Of a stretch of DNA of 64,000 nucleotides, positions 28,969 to 40,014 are shown piece by piece. Every line of letters starts with the position of its first letter. The stretch's first letter is position 1. The position numbers and the translations under genes are program-made. The stretch covers positions 608,001 through 672,000 of the forward strand of contig OZ241362.1 in NCBI GenBank assembly GCA_965200315.1. The letters are read 5' to 3'. The stretch comes from Candidatus Latescibacterota bacterium (lineage in GTDB: Bacteria > Latescibacterota > UBA2968 > UBA8231). The notes below the pieces were generated by a model. The model was not told the DNA's origin. It searched no databases and worked only from the letters and a program-made list of their open reading frames with translations.

Positions 28969-30264
28969 TTAGGGCCTCTTAGGGTCCCGCAGGACCTTGT
29001 CGATGGCAGCTCGCACGATTTTTTCCGCCCGGCCCGACACAAAGGCATCTACTGGTTCGTATCCCCCCTCGGCAAAGGAGCGGGCCAAGGTTATGTATCC
29101 GGTCCCCAAATCCCCGTATCCCGCCACCGCGACAAAGGCGTCCGGGCGACTTGCCTGCGCGTGCAGTTGGTATTCGATAAAGATTTCGCCCGGCAAATGG
29201 ACCACCGCCGCCCGGTCGTTGAGGTGCAAACAAGTGACGGGAATGGGCCGCTCGCGGCGGCGCAGATACGTCAGCATGAGGGCGGCTTTGCTGTGTACTT
29301 TGGCTCCGCTAACTGGCGAGGCGATTTGCGCCAGCAGGTTTTCCTCGTCCATATCTTCCCTCGGCGGCAGCCGCACCGGCGCGACCGTCCAGCGCAGATG
29401 CTCCAGCGGCTGCCGAGCACTTTGCTGCTCGGCTTCCAACATAGCCCGGTGGATGCGCTCGGTGAACAATTCCCGGTTGTCGGCCATACAGTCGTTGTAC
29501 TTGCCCGCAGTGACATTGCCCGCACAGCCTGTAAAGTATAGGTGCGGCACACCGCTTTCCGCCCGGCGGCGGTTGCGCGCCAAGCCGACGAACTCGGGCG
29601 TTACCAGGCCAGTGCCGTCCTCGCTGGTGGGATGGACGGCATAGTAGTGCAACAGCACCAAGGCCGTCTCCCCTTGGTAAAAGCCAATCGTCTTGAGCAT
29701 GGGGTCAATGACGCCTTCGGGCGCGGCCCGCGCTTGTGGGTCGCGGCACTGGGTCCAGCGCACCGCAGCCACCTTGCCGTCTGGCCCCATCACCCGCCGA
29801 TTGGAGGCGATCCGCTCGACCTTGGCCTGACCCACCGCCATATCCGTGCAGGGCTGTAGCTTGGTCATGGCCTGGCCTGCTGCTTGCGCCGCTCGCGCCC
29901 GCACCCTTTCGGCCCAAGCGCCGGCCATGATGATATTGGGACGGCCGTGGGCGTCGAGCATGTCTTGGGCATCGCGGTCGGGCCAAGGCGTATCGTGGGC
30001 GTGGATGCAATGCACGGCTACCCGCTCGGCCTCAGTCCCTACGGCTTGGGCCAGTTCCCCGCGCCAGCGGTCGTAATCGCCATTGCTCAACTCAGCCCAG
30101 TCCAAGGCGCACAAGACGATGGGCCGTTGATCGTCCGGCACCAAAATCAGCCCCAAGGCGGACAGCGGGTCGGCGATGCCTTTGGCCGGTGGATACCACC
30201 CCGCACAGAGCGGATGGCCCAGCGGCGGCGTGACGTCGGATTGGAACGTGGCGAGTTGGAGCAT
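28969..30264 (-). CDS. Ceramidase-like hypothetical hydrolase
   Basis: DVTPPLGHPL, HCIHAHDTP, ASNRR, YAVHP, GCAGN, LPGEIF, GGYE. Confidence 0.8.
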   Translation of the reverse strand: MLQLATFQSDVTPPLGHPLCAGWYPPAKGIADPLSALGLILVPDDQRPIVLCALDWAELSNGDYDRWRGELAQAVGTEAERVAVHCIHAHDTPWPDRDAQDMLDAHGRPNIIMAGAWAERVRARAAQAAGQAMTKLQPCTDMAVGQAKVERIASNRRVMGPDGKVAAVRWTQCRDPQARAAPEGVIDPMLKTIGFYQGETALVLLHYYAVHPTSEDGTGLVTPEFVGLARNRRRAESGVPHLYFTGCAGNVTAGKYNDCMADNRELFTERIHRAMLEAEQQSARQPLEHLRWTVAPVRLPPREDMDEENLLAQIASPVSGAKVHSKAALMLTYLRRRERPIPVTCLHLNDRAAVVHLPGEIFIEYQLHAQASRPDAFVAVAGYGDLGTGYITLARSFAEGGYEPVDAFVSGRAEKIVRAAIDKVLRDPKRP

Positions 30265-30392
30265 GGTTTTCTCAATGCGGGATGATGGCAGATATTCCGC
30301 GCCGCCCTAATATACGCGGCCACCGCCTTGACAGGCCACCACCCAAATCAATTATTGGAGGCCCATCAGTGCTTTTCCAAGAGGAGCTTCCC

Positions 30393-31616
30393 ATGAAAAT
30401 CGCCCACATCGAGCAAATCCCCATCGCCATGCCTCTAGCCAAGCGCTACGACAATCACGCCGGCCGCATGCGCATGTACGATATGGATCAACATCTAGTG
30501 GTTAAAGTCCACGCCGACAATGGGTTAGTCGGCTACGGTAACTACGAAGATAACCCCAAGCCCGTACCCCAAACCGAGATCGACGCGCTCGTTGGCACCA
30601 ATCCTTTTGACTATCTGCTCAACAATTTCCATGTAGCCTTGGGCATGGCGCTCTACGACCTGATGGGCAAGCACGTAGGCGTACCGGCGTACAAACTAAT
30701 GGGGCAAAAAGTGCGCGACGCCGTCCCTTGCGCCGCTTGGACCCGCCCCTGCCCGCCCGACGTTTTCGCCGGCGAGCTCCAGCGCGCTGTCGAGCAGGGC
30801 TACCGAGTCTTCAAGATGCACTCGGACGCCCGCTACGACGTCGTCGAGCAGACCCGAGCCGCGGAAAAGGTGGCACCGCCCGGCTTCAAACTGCACTGGG
30901 ATCTCAACCACAACCGCACGCTGGGCACAATCCTACCCATTATCGCCGAACTGGAAAAATCGCCGATCGTCGGATTTATCGAAGATCCGCTGGTGTGGAG
31001 CGACATCGACGGCTGGCGCACCCTGCGCGAGAAGACCAAAATCCCCCTCGTCATGCACGTCCCCCAATTGGGCGGCATCCAAGAAGTGATCCGCGGAGTC
31101 GCCGATATCTACATGATCGGCGGACGCATCGGCGACACCCTGACCTCGGGCTTTGCCTACGGCAAGGCCAATGTCCAGTGCCTGATCCAGCAATGCGGCA
31201 ATACCCTGATGAAGGCCCTCACCCTGCACCAAGCCGCAGTCCTGCCCACGGCCTCGGCCCATACCATCAACATAGACGACCAGTTCGAGTCCGACATCGG
31301 CGCAAAAATCCCGGTCGTCGAGGGTTTTTCACTTGTGCCCGAAGGCCCGGGGCTAGGCGTGGAAGTGGACGAAGAAGCCCTAACCCAAGCTGCCGCCCGC
31401 GCCCACCTGCCCAAGTACGACTACATCGGCGTACTGCACTTTGCCGGCGGCCACAAAGCCTACAGCTTGGGCAGCCCCAATATCAACTGCCTGACCGGCA
31501 CTGAAGAGGGCCGCCTTGAGGGCCTCAACTTCGAGTACTGGACCGACGACGGCTCAGCCGAATACGCCCGCGTCCGCAAGCGCTTGCAGGAAGAAGGGCC
31601 GTTTATCGAGGCTTAG
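30393..31616 (+). CDS. Enolase superfamily enzyme with C-terminal extension
   Basis: MALYDLMGK..PAYKLMG, KMH, WDLNH, IEDP, GPGLGVEVD; GAGGAG RBS. Confidence 0.88.
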   Translation: MKIAHIEQIPIAMPLAKRYDNHAGRMRMYDMDQHLVVKVHADNGLVGYGNYEDNPKPVPQTEIDALVGTNPFDYLLNNFHVALGMALYDLMGKHVGVPAYKLMGQKVRDAVPCAAWTRPCPPDVFAGELQRAVEQGYRVFKMHSDARYDVVEQTRAAEKVAPPGFKLHWDLNHNRTLGTILPIIAELEKSPIVGFIEDPLVWSDIDGWRTLREKTKIPLVMHVPQLGGIQEVIRGVADIYMIGGRIGDTLTSGFAYGKANVQCLIQQCGNTLMKALTLHQAAVLPTASAHTINIDDQFESDIGAKIPVVEGFSLVPEGPGLGVEVDEEALTQAAARAHLPKYDYIGVLHFAGGHKAYSLGSPNINCLTGTEEGRLEGLNFEYWTDDGSAEYARVRKRLQEEGPFIEA

Positions 31617-31870
31617 GAATGCACAAATATACGGCGAGATTCGCCAGTATCGCTGGTTGGGTCTGGAGCTGGGTTGCTTAGCCGAGTGTTGTTTTAGAGG
31701 GCAGGATTCACGGAATCTATAAGGCGGATTCCATCGTTCAACACCGAGGTACGCCGGTCTTTCTTCCGCTCCAATCGATCATATCACGGAACGTCGGCCC
31801 CTGTTTTGCCACCTCTCGCAAGTCTGCTTTTCTGAGGATGGCATTAGCTATCCGTTATCTCACGCGCCGG

Positions 31871-33337
31871 CTATCCCCTGTACCAGTCCCGCAACGCCGG
31901 ATAGAGCGTCCGGTAGCGCTCAAAAGCTCGCCGGTAGTATTCGACCTGCGCCCGGTCGCAGCGCACGGTCTCGGCCAACTTGACCGTGCGCTGACAAGCG
32001 GTGGCAAAATCCGCATAGAGGCCGCCGCCAACGCCAGCCAACAACGCCGCTCCTACCGCCGACAGATCATCGGTGGCGATCCGCACCACGTCGCGCCCCA
32101 AAATATCGGCCTGAATTTGCCGCCACACCTCCGAGTGCGAGCCGCCCTCGCCGATCCGCAGCTCGTCGATGGGCAAGCCAATTTCGGCAAAGCAGTCAAG
32201 CGAGTGCCGCAAGTCGAAGACGACCCCCTCCAGCACCGCCCTCACCAGATGCCCCTTCGTGTGCCCCAACGACAGCCCGACAAAGCCGCCACGGGCGCGG
32301 GCGTCGGGACGCGGCGTGGCCCGGCCTTCGAGCCAAGGCATGAAAAACACCCCCTCGGCCCCAGCCGGAACCGCGGCCGCCGCATCTGTCAATTCCTCGT
32401 AGCTACCCCCGAACTCCTCCTTGAACCACTTGAGCGAGGCTCCCCCGGTAAACGAGCAACCCAGCCAAGCGTATTTGCCGGGGATGGGGTGGCACATCGG
32501 CCAGAGCTTGTCAAAGGCCCGTGGATCCAGCGTCTCGGCAAAAGCCGTGGCGTGCGCGGCCGTGCCGATCCCCAAGCTGATAATGCCCGGCGCAATCACC
32601 CCAGCGCCGAGGATCATGCAGGGCATGTCCCCGCCGCCAGCGACGACAGGCGTGCCCGCGACCAGCCCGGTTTGCTCGGCAGCCGCTTGGGTTACGGCCC
32701 CGACCACAGACGGCGAATCGGCCAAGTCCGGGAACAGCCCCATATCGACTTCCAACGCCTCTAAAATTTCTCCGCACCACTGGCGCTCGTGCAGATCAAA
32801 AGCCGCAGTTGTCGAGGCATCCGACACCTCGGCGGCTATCTGCCCGGTGAGCCGGTAGCGCAGCCAATCCTTGGGCAGCAGCATCCAGCGGCTCTGCTGG
32901 TAAACGTCTGCGGCATGGTCTTTTACCCATAATACCTTCGCCAGCGTATTGACCGGCCCTAACCGCATTAACGTCCGCTCCCGCAGCAAGTCTCCCGCAC
33001 GCTGCTCGGCCCAATCGCACGCTGCTTGCGAGCGGTGATCGAGCCAAATCGGCACCCGCTGTAGGGGCTGCCCGGCGCTATCGACGAATACCGAGCCGTT
33101 GATCTGCCCGGACAAGCCGACGCAGGCGACCTGCGCTGGGTCCATATCGGCGAGCACCTGACGCACAGACACACACAGCCCTCGCCACCAATCCGCCGGG
33201 TCCTGCTCGACCCACTTAGGATGCGGCTTGTAGAGCGGATACTCGGCCTGCCCGCGGCCAATGAGGTCGCCCGCCTCGTCGAGGAGGACGGCCTTGGTGC
33301 TGCCCGTGCCCAAGTCAATGCCCAGTGCGTAGCGCAT
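31871..33337 (-). CDS. xylB: Xylulokinase-like FGGY sugar kinase
   Basis: GIDLGT, EQDP, LSGQ, W.D.R, PKDWLRYRLTG, GGGD, RAVLEGV. Substrate not certain. Confidence 0.8.
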   Translation of the reverse strand: MRYALGIDLGTGSTKAVLLDEAGDLIGRGQAEYPLYKPHPKWVEQDPADWWRGLCVSVRQVLADMDPAQVACVGLSGQINGSVFVDSAGQPLQRVPIWLDHRSQAACDWAEQRAGDLLRERTLMRLGPVNTLAKVLWVKDHAADVYQQSRWMLLPKDWLRYRLTGQIAAEVSDASTTAAFDLHERQWCGEILEALEVDMGLFPDLADSPSVVGAVTQAAAEQTGLVAGTPVVAGGGDMPCMILGAGVIAPGIISLGIGTAAHATAFAETLDPRAFDKLWPMCHPIPGKYAWLGCSFTGGASLKWFKEEFGGSYEELTDAAAAVPAGAEGVFFMPWLEGRATPRPDARARGGFVGLSLGHTKGHLVRAVLEGVVFDLRHSLDCFAEIGLPIDELRIGEGGSHSEVWRQIQADILGRDVVRIATDDLSAVGAALLAGVGGGLYADFATACQRTVKLAETVRCDRAQVEYYRRAFERYRTLYPALRDWYRG

Positions 33338-33346
33338 CTGACCCTC

Positions 33347-34602
33347 CTATCCGAACCGATCTACGTTGCACAAACTCAGATCAAAACCCGGCTCCTCACC
33401 CTGCACCACCCTCGAGGTCACCGCCCCGGTCACCGCCCCCAGCGAAACCCCAATCATGGCATGCCCCGCGGCTACCGTGAGATTGTCGTAGTCCCGCGGC
33501 CGCCCCAAAAAAGGCAAGCCATCCGGCGTACAGGGCCGCAGGCCCCGCCACACTTCGATTAGCTCAAACGCATCCGGCGTCCACGCCGGTACGTAGCGCG
33601 GCACCGCGTTGACAATCGCGGCGACCCGCCGGCGGTTGATCGACGTATCCATACCCGCCAATTCGAGCGTACCGGCAAAGCGCAGCTTGTCCCCATCGGG
33701 GTGGTGCCGACGCGGGCCTCCACCAACATCAGCGGTACCGCCGGACACGCACTGGGCTTGTGGACGGTGACGCTGTAGCCCTTGGCCGGCTGCACCGGCA
33801 GGGACAGGCCCAACTCGCGGCCCACGCCCGGTGACCACGCCCCGCTGCACAGCACGACTTCGGCCGCGGCAAAATCTCCGCGCGTGGTCTCGACCACTTG
33901 GATGCGACGCCCCTTTTTGCCAAACCCCAACACCTCGGTCTTCTCGTTGAGCTGCGCCCCACGCTCAACGCAACGCGCCGCCAAGGTGCGCACCAAACGC
34001 GCCGGGTCCAAGTGGGCATCTTGCGCGTAAAACGCCCCACCCACGCAGTCCAATTCCACGGCCGCGGCGCACTGCTGCGCCTGTTGGGCATCGACCATTT
34101 CCACCTCTATCCCTACCTCCTGCATCAGCTCGGCCTCTTCGCGGACGCTTGCCATCCCCTGCTCGGTCTTGCACAGCAAGAGCCGCCCCTCGTGCCCAAA
34201 GGCAAAATCCAATTCGGCGGCCAAGCCCTGATAAAGCCGCAAGCTCTCCAAGTGCATGTCGCGCAACAGCGGCATGGCCTGCCGCACCCGCCGCATGGTG
34301 CTGGCCTTGCGGAATTGCCACAGCCAAGCCACAAGGTCGCGATCCCAGCGCCATTTAATGTAGAAGGGGCTGTCCGGGTCGAACATCCACCGCAAACCCT
34401 GGGCAATAACCCCGGGCTCGGCCAGCGGTACGCTATGGCTGGGGACAATAAGCCCGGCGTTGCCGTAGGAACTACCCGCGCAGACCACATCCTTTTCGAC
34501 CACCGTAACCTCGCGGCCCTGCTCTTGGAGAAAGTGCGCCGTGCAGATACCGACGACTCCGCCGCCGATGACCAGCACATCTACCTGTCGCGTCATAGCC
34601 AA
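33347..34602 (-). pseudogene. FAD-dependent D-amino acid dehydrogenase (DadA-like), split by a 1-bp frameshift
   Basis: GGGVVG, SYGNAG, PAKGYS in one frame; LRFAGTLE, WRGLRP.TPD, GHAMIG in another; shift in the C4 run at 33691-33694. Confidence 0.85.
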
Positions 34603-34710
34603 GCCTCTCGTTTGTCCGGCATCTTGACGCCGGTTGTGTTTCGCTCTACGTATTCAGGGAGATTATACGCCGAAAACCGGCATTGAGCTACCAAAAGAAA
34701 GGAACCATCC

Positions 34711-35754
34711 ATGCTAGATCGCGCCGTGCGCATCGGAACGATCGGCTGCGGCACCCAAGCCAACGTCCACTTTGCCGGCATCAAAGCACTCGGCCCCGAC
34801 CAAGCGACCGTTGCCGCCGTCTGCGACCTCGACGACGAGCGCCTCGCCGCCGCTTGCCAGCTCTGGCCTGCAGCCCGCGCCGCCAAAGACTACCGGGCCA
34901 TGCTCGCTGACGGCGACCTCGACTTGGTCATCGTCGCCACCATGCCCAACACGCACGAGGCCATGTCGTTGGCCAGCCTCGACGCCGGGGCCTGCGTACT
35001 GTGCGAAAAGCCCTTTATGATGAATGTCGCCCAAGCCGAAGCCGTCCTCGCCAAAGCCGCAGAGGCTGGGCTACAAGTCCAGCTCGGCACCAACATGCGC
35101 TACATGCCAAGTTCGCGGTATTTGCACGATTTAGTCCAAGGCGGCACCATCGGCGCACCCATATTCGCCAAGGCATGGGGCTGCCACCACGACCCGCCGG
35201 TCTGGGGGCCGCACTACCACCTCGCCACCTCTGGCGGCGGCGTCCTCGCCTCGACCTTGGTCCACACGCTCGACTTGGCACTGTGGATCGGCGGCTCGCC
35301 CAATCCGCTCACCGTCAGCGCGGCGACCCGACGTCTCTTCCCCGGCAAGCGCGGGCCCAAAATCGACGACGCCATCCACGCGCGCTACGACGCCGAAGAC
35401 CTCATCAGCGCCTTGGTGCGCTTTGACAACGGCGCGTTTTACTCCTTGGAGGGCAACTGGTGTAGCGAAAAGACCGACTTCCACAGCTTTGAGCTGACCA
35501 CCACCCGCGCCACAGTGACCGGCGCACCTTTTGCGGTTCAGGTCGACGTCGAAGGCGAGATCGTCGATCAGACGCCCCAACTCGACAGCGACGACTGGTT
35601 CCGCAGCGTCCACACCCAAGACGCCACCCTCATCGCCCAACTCCGCGCCGGCCAGCCTTGGGACATGCAGGACGCCCGCCAGCTCCTCAACCTGCAAAAA
35701 GTCGTCGATGCCTGTTACGAGTCGGCACACACGGACCGCGAGGTGGTGCTCTAG
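34711..35754 (+). CDS. Gfo/Idh/MocA oxidoreductase
   Basis: IGCG, VLCEKP, GGG..HTLD. Confidence 0.9.
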   Translation: MLDRAVRIGTIGCGTQANVHFAGIKALGPDQATVAAVCDLDDERLAAACQLWPAARAAKDYRAMLADGDLDLVIVATMPNTHEAMSLASLDAGACVLCEKPFMMNVAQAEAVLAKAAEAGLQVQLGTNMRYMPSSRYLHDLVQGGTIGAPIFAKAWGCHHDPPVWGPHYHLATSGGGVLASTLVHTLDLALWIGGSPNPLTVSAATRRLFPGKRGPKIDDAIHARYDAEDLISALVRFDNGAFYSLEGNWCSEKTDFHSFELTTTRATVTGAPFAVQVDVEGEIVDQTPQLDSDDWFRSVHTQDATLIAQLRAGQPWDMQDARQLLNLQKVVDACYESAHTDREVVL

Positions 35755-36591
35755 GTGCGTATCATGCTGTCAAAACCTGCATTCGAGGCTGGGCTGAAAA
35801 ACCTAGCAGCCGAATTGACAGCTCACATAAGTATTGAGGATGGCCAATGGTCGATCAAAGGCTTTATCGATACCTACAAGAATGTCTATGCGATCTCGTC
35901 AGATACCAAGCTCATTTCCAAAATTCTGGAGATTCATCTTCTTCCAAAGATACTCTCCTTCGCCAAGCAGAGCGGATTTGACATTGTTCTTGCCCAGCAG
36001 CAGAATTACTATCCAGACATTTCGTTTGTGTCCAAAGATGATGAATCAAGCAAATTTGCAGTAGACCTCAAGACAACTTACCGCAACCCCCAAAAGCCTT
36101 GGCTCTGCAACGGCTTTACGCTTGGTTCGCACGGGAAGTACTTTACTGAACGGACCAGTACCAAGAATATCCAGTTTCCTTATGGATCTTATTCCGGGCA
36201 TTTTTGTCTTGGGATCATTTATGACCGCGCAAAGGATGCATCCCTAGACCAAGCGCGACCTCACTCGATTGACAAATTACAATCTATCGCGTCGGCGATC
36301 TCGAACATTCAGTTTTTTGTAGCCGAGAAATGGAAAATCGCTGGCGACAAGGGCGGCTCCGGGAACACGGCGAACATCGGCAGTATACAGCGAATTGACG
36401 ATCTGCTTGCGGAGAACGGAATGTTTGCCAAGCTCGGTGAAGAATGGTTCGATGACTACTGGATGAACTTTGGAAAAATCACCGTTAAGACACAGGCTGG
36501 CGATACAAAGACAATTACTTCCCTTTTAGATTTTGTCAACTATCGCGGTGGCGACCCTTCCCTAATCGTCGCAAGGAACAACTTAGAATGA
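35755..36591 (+). CDS. EcoRV-family type II restriction endonuclease
   Basis: [25 protein letters not shown] (PD-DxK), [15 protein letters not shown]. Confidence 0.88.
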   Translation: MRIMLSKPAFEAGLKNLAAELTAHISIEDGQWSIKGFIDTYKNVYAISSDTKLISKILEIHLLPKILSFAKQSGFDIVLAQQQNYYPDISFVSKDDESSKFAVDLKTTYRNPQKPWLCNGFTLGSHGKYFTERTSTKNIQFPYGSYSGHFCLGIIYDRAKDASLDQARPHSIDKLQSIASAISNIQFFVAEKWKIAGDKGGSGNTANIGSIQRIDDLLAENGMFAKLGEEWFDDYWMNFGKITVKTQAGDTKTITSLLDFVNYRGGDPSLIVARNNLE

Positions 36592-37529
36592 GCCTTTACC
36601 CAACACTCGTCCCCCCCATAAAGTGCCAAGGCATAAAGACCAAGCTGGTGCCGTGGATTCGATCCGTAATTCCAGGGGACTTTGACGGGAAGTGGATTGA
36701 GCCGTTCATGGGATCTGGCGTAGTCGCCTTTAACATGCGCCCGAGACGAGCACTTTTGTCCGACTCCAATCCGCATTTGATCGACTTCTATCAAGCGATT
36801 GCCGACGGACAGATCACCTCTACTAAGACTCGGCATTTTTTACAAAGAGAAGGAGCCGAACTACTGAGATCCGAAGGCAAGCATTACTACGCAGTCCGGG
36901 ATCGCTTTAATCGACGCCAGAATCCGCTGGACTTTCTGTTTTTGAATCGGGCCGGTTTTAATGGGATGATTCGCTTTAACCGCAAGGGACAGTTCAATGT
37001 TCCGTTTTGCCGTAAGCCCAAGCGGTTTGCCCAAGCATATATCACTAAAATATCCAATCAGGTCCAAGCGGTCGCGGATGCAATTCGCGTTGGAAACTAC
37101 GAGTTCCTATGCCGGGATTTCTCTGCTGTCATTGGCATGGCTCAAGGCGGCGACTTACTGTACTGCGATCCCCCATATATCGGCCGCCACGCGGACTACT
37201 TTAACGGGTGGAACGAAGAGCACGAGCACACATTAGCACATCTGCTATCCTCTGCGCCCTGTCGATTTGTACTTTCGACTTGGCACGGCAATGATTTTCG
37301 GCATAATGCCTTCGTGCACAGTCTTTGGTCGGAATTCCACATTCTGACCCGGGAGCACTTCTATCACATCGGCGCTAAACAGGATAATCGTAACCCCATG
37401 CTCGAAGCCCTAATTACCAATTTTGAGGCCGAATTTTGCGAAGTGCCTAAGTACGCGGTGGAGCAGCTACACTTACTCGAAAGCTCCGCAAAATACAAAG
37501 CAGCCAATCCACAATCGTCGGTGCTTTAG
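36588..37529 (+). CDS. Dam/M.EcoRV-family N6-adenine DNA methyltransferase
   Basis: [38 protein letters not shown]; ATGA overlap with the REase. Confidence 0.92.
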   Translation: MSLYPTLVPPIKCQGIKTKLVPWIRSVIPGDFDGKWIEPFMGSGVVAFNMRPRRALLSDSNPHLIDFYQAIADGQITSTKTRHFLQREGAELLRSEGKHYYAVRDRFNRRQNPLDFLFLNRAGFNGMIRFNRKGQFNVPFCRKPKRFAQAYITKISNQVQAVADAIRVGNYEFLCRDFSAVIGMAQGGDLLYCDPPYIGRHADYFNGWNEEHEHTLAHLLSSAPCRFVLSTWHGNDFRHNAFVHSLWSEFHILTREHFYHIGAKQDNRNPMLEALITNFEAEFCEVPKYAVEQLHLLESSAKYKAANPQSSVL

Positions 37530-37695
37530 GCACGTATCCCCTCGGCGACGCGGACCGGAGCTAATTCCTCAACGGCAATTTTTGGCTCGGCCGGCTTGCT
37601 CGCCGGGCGATAGCTGCGCTTGGCAATGCGCGACGGGAAGGGGAACTATACGTGCCTATAGGTGCCTGTATAACATCGTGCAAGGAGAGCTAACC

Positions 37696-38550
37696 ATGGT
37701 AGGAAAGCAGCCCAACGCTTGGACGCCCGCCGAGGCCCACAGCACAGCCGCCCTGCTGCACAGCCTGCCCCGCCCGCTCACCGCCTTGGCCGCCGGCGAC
37801 GTCCCCGCCGTAGTTCTGCGCGGAGCCTACCCGCCCGATCATTGCCGCGGCTTGATGCGCCGCTTTGCCGAGCGGGGCTATTTCGATCCGGCCACCGTAG
37901 GCCAAGCTGCCCAACTCAGCGGCGGCCCCTATCTCGACTTGGGCACCAGCCTCGGCCGGCTTGGAGCCGATCCAGATGCTTTCTTCGCCCACGCCGCCCA
38001 CACCCACGAGTTGTTCGCTACGCTCTTTGCGGGATTTGCCGACCCGGTGCGCACGCTGTACGCCGCCCTGTCCGACTTAGCCGAGGGCAAGGTCGTGCAA
38101 ACGGCGCACGAACCAGATGGGCGGCAGTACGGACCGGCCATCTTCCGCATGTATCACGCCGCCGAAGGGCACCGGCCCCACTACGACTCGGTCGCCAAGC
38201 GTTCCCGCCCCGGCCACGAATACGCAGTCGCCGACTTCCAGCACCAATTCGCCGGGGTGTTGTGCTTGCAGACCGGCAGCGAAACAAGCACCGACGAACC
38301 CTTTATCTACCGCTGCTGGGGCCCCCAGCCCCACGTCGAGGAAGTCCTGCGCCAAGACCGCTTCGCCGAGTACGTGGCCGAGCACCACATCCCCCGCGTC
38401 CAAGTGCGGCTAACGCCGGGCGATCTCTACTTCTTCTGCACCGAAAACATCCACGAAGTCGAGCGCCGCGTACGCCAACGCCGCCGCGTCGTGCTGGCCT
38501 TTTTCTTCGCCATGTCGGCGGACAAACCAGCGATTTTCGTCTGGTCCTAG
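37696..38550 (+). CDS. Putative 2OG-Fe(II) oxygenase
   Basis: HYD (HxD), PGDLYFF..IHEV distal His, R near C-terminus; AGGAG RBS. Confidence 0.65.
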   Translation: MVGKQPNAWTPAEAHSTAALLHSLPRPLTALAAGDVPAVVLRGAYPPDHCRGLMRRFAERGYFDPATVGQAAQLSGGPYLDLGTSLGRLGADPDAFFAHAAHTHELFATLFAGFADPVRTLYAALSDLAEGKVVQTAHEPDGRQYGPAIFRMYHAAEGHRPHYDSVAKRSRPGHEYAVADFQHQFAGVLCLQTGSETSTDEPFIYRCWGPQPHVEEVLRQDRFAEYVAEHHIPRVQVRLTPGDLYFFCTENIHEVERRVRQRRRVVLAFFFAMSADKPAIFVWS

Positions 38551-38656
38551 GGGAACTTGGCGTCGGCCCGATGTTTTGCGGCCTCCCCGCCAATTGACAA
38601 GCTACCCTCAGCCCACAGATGCAAACAGGACACGGCCTAATCCCAGCCTCAAGACA

Positions 38657-38740
38657 ATGCCGATGTCTGACTTTGATACCATTTCAAATACTTGATTCAA
38701 CACTACCCCGACGATTTCGTCCGCTTCACCCTCGGTCGCG
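38657..38740 (+). pseudogene. Short gene remnant, possibly Rpn/PD-(D/E)XK family N-terminus
   Basis: MSDFDTIS / YLIQHYPDDFVRFTLG across a frameshift; weak resemblance only. Confidence 0.3.
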
Positions 38741-38891
38741 CATACCTCGGGCGTACTCGTATCAGCAGGACCCATCTGTTAGGGACTCTTAGCTTGCGCT
38801 TCCCAACGTATCTAAGCATTGTAAGCATTATACTCAGTTATTGAGTATTCATTTGTTCAGTATATAGCCCCCGGCATAGGAGAGAAAGGAC

Positions 38892-39395
38892 ATGGGATAC
38901 TCAGCCAAGGCGATAGCGAATTATTTTTTTTCAAAGGGCCAAAAAGAAAAAAAGCCGATTACGCCTTTGAAGATGCAAAAACTCGTCTATGTTGCCCATG
39001 GATGGCATCTTGGAATAGAGAGCCAACCGCTTATTGATGATGAGTATGTTGAGGCTTGGGATTTTGGTCCTGTTTTTCCTTCTCTCTACCACGAGTTCAA
39101 GCACTTCAAGAATAATCCGGTTGCGGAACCCGCTGAAGAGTTGATAATCGACGAGCATCCATTGGATTTGAAAATTTACACCCCTAAAGTTCAGGAGGAA
39201 GATAAGGAGCTAATGAAGTTCCTCGATCAAATATGGGAAGTTTATAGTAAGTACTCTGGCTCACGACTATCCACTATGAGTCACGGAAAAGGAACGCCTT
39301 GGAGTAATACGCGCCAGAAGGTCGGGAAGATTAGAAATGCCCCCATTGATAATAAAGAGATAGAAGAATTCTATAAAAAAAAACTTAAAAGATAG
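38892..39395 (+). CDS. Panacea (DUF4065/SocA/GepA) antitoxin
   Basis: AIANYF, TPLKMQKLVY.AHGW, EAW.FGPV.PSLY, LS.MSH..GTPW; low GC. Confidence 0.88.
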   Translation: MGYSAKAIANYFFSKGQKEKKPITPLKMQKLVYVAHGWHLGIESQPLIDDEYVEAWDFGPVFPSLYHEFKHFKNNPVAEPAEELIIDEHPLDLKIYTPKVQEEDKELMKFLDQIWEVYSKYSGSRLSTMSHGKGTPWSNTRQKVGKIRNAPIDNKEIEEFYKKKLKR

Positions 39396-39459
39396 TCAAA
39401 CAGCCTTCGCATTAAGCATTTTTCATAGGGTGAGATGTCATTCAGACAGCCTCTAAGAA

Positions 39460-39859
39460 ATGAATGTACCTACTGATTTAGAGAAACTTCTTGACTCCGA
39501 AGAAAAGGAAGAAGGAGACGATACGGTTGACGATCTTCTTTATGAGAGAATTTTATACCCTACTAATAAGAGAGATCGAGCGGATATACTACTAGGGGGC
39601 TTATCTGATTATATAAAAATGAGACGCCGGTACGGGTACTGGATTGTCTTTCTCAACTTCACTATGGATTATTGCTGTTTTGGCTGTTGTTTTTCTTCAA
39701 GGATTCTCAGTAAAAGGATTTGTTCTTACTGACTCTGTACTTATGCTGCTGCTCGGCACAACAACGGCAAATATAATTGGACTCTTTATTATTGTTGCCA
39801 ACTACCTGTTTCCCAAAAATGCGCGAGACTTGCTTGATTCTTCCGAAAGTGGCGACTGA
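39460..39859 (+). pseudogene. 2-TM membrane protein downstream of Panacea, frameshifted
   Basis: Acidic N-terminus ..KMRRRYGYWI continues in another frame as SLWIIAVL..LTDSVLMLLLGTTTANIIGLFIIVANYLFP; shift near 39650. Confidence 0.65.
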
Positions 39860-40014
39860 TAATCCTACCTAATCCTATCCGTACCACGGCCCGTCACTCC
39901 TACGCATCACTCTGATGAAGCGTCCTTGCGTCTTTGCGTTAAAGCCCTCCCCAATAACGGTGTACCTAGCCAAGGCCCCTGCTTCTGCGCTAGTGCCGCG
40001 TCGTCAGTAGCGGT

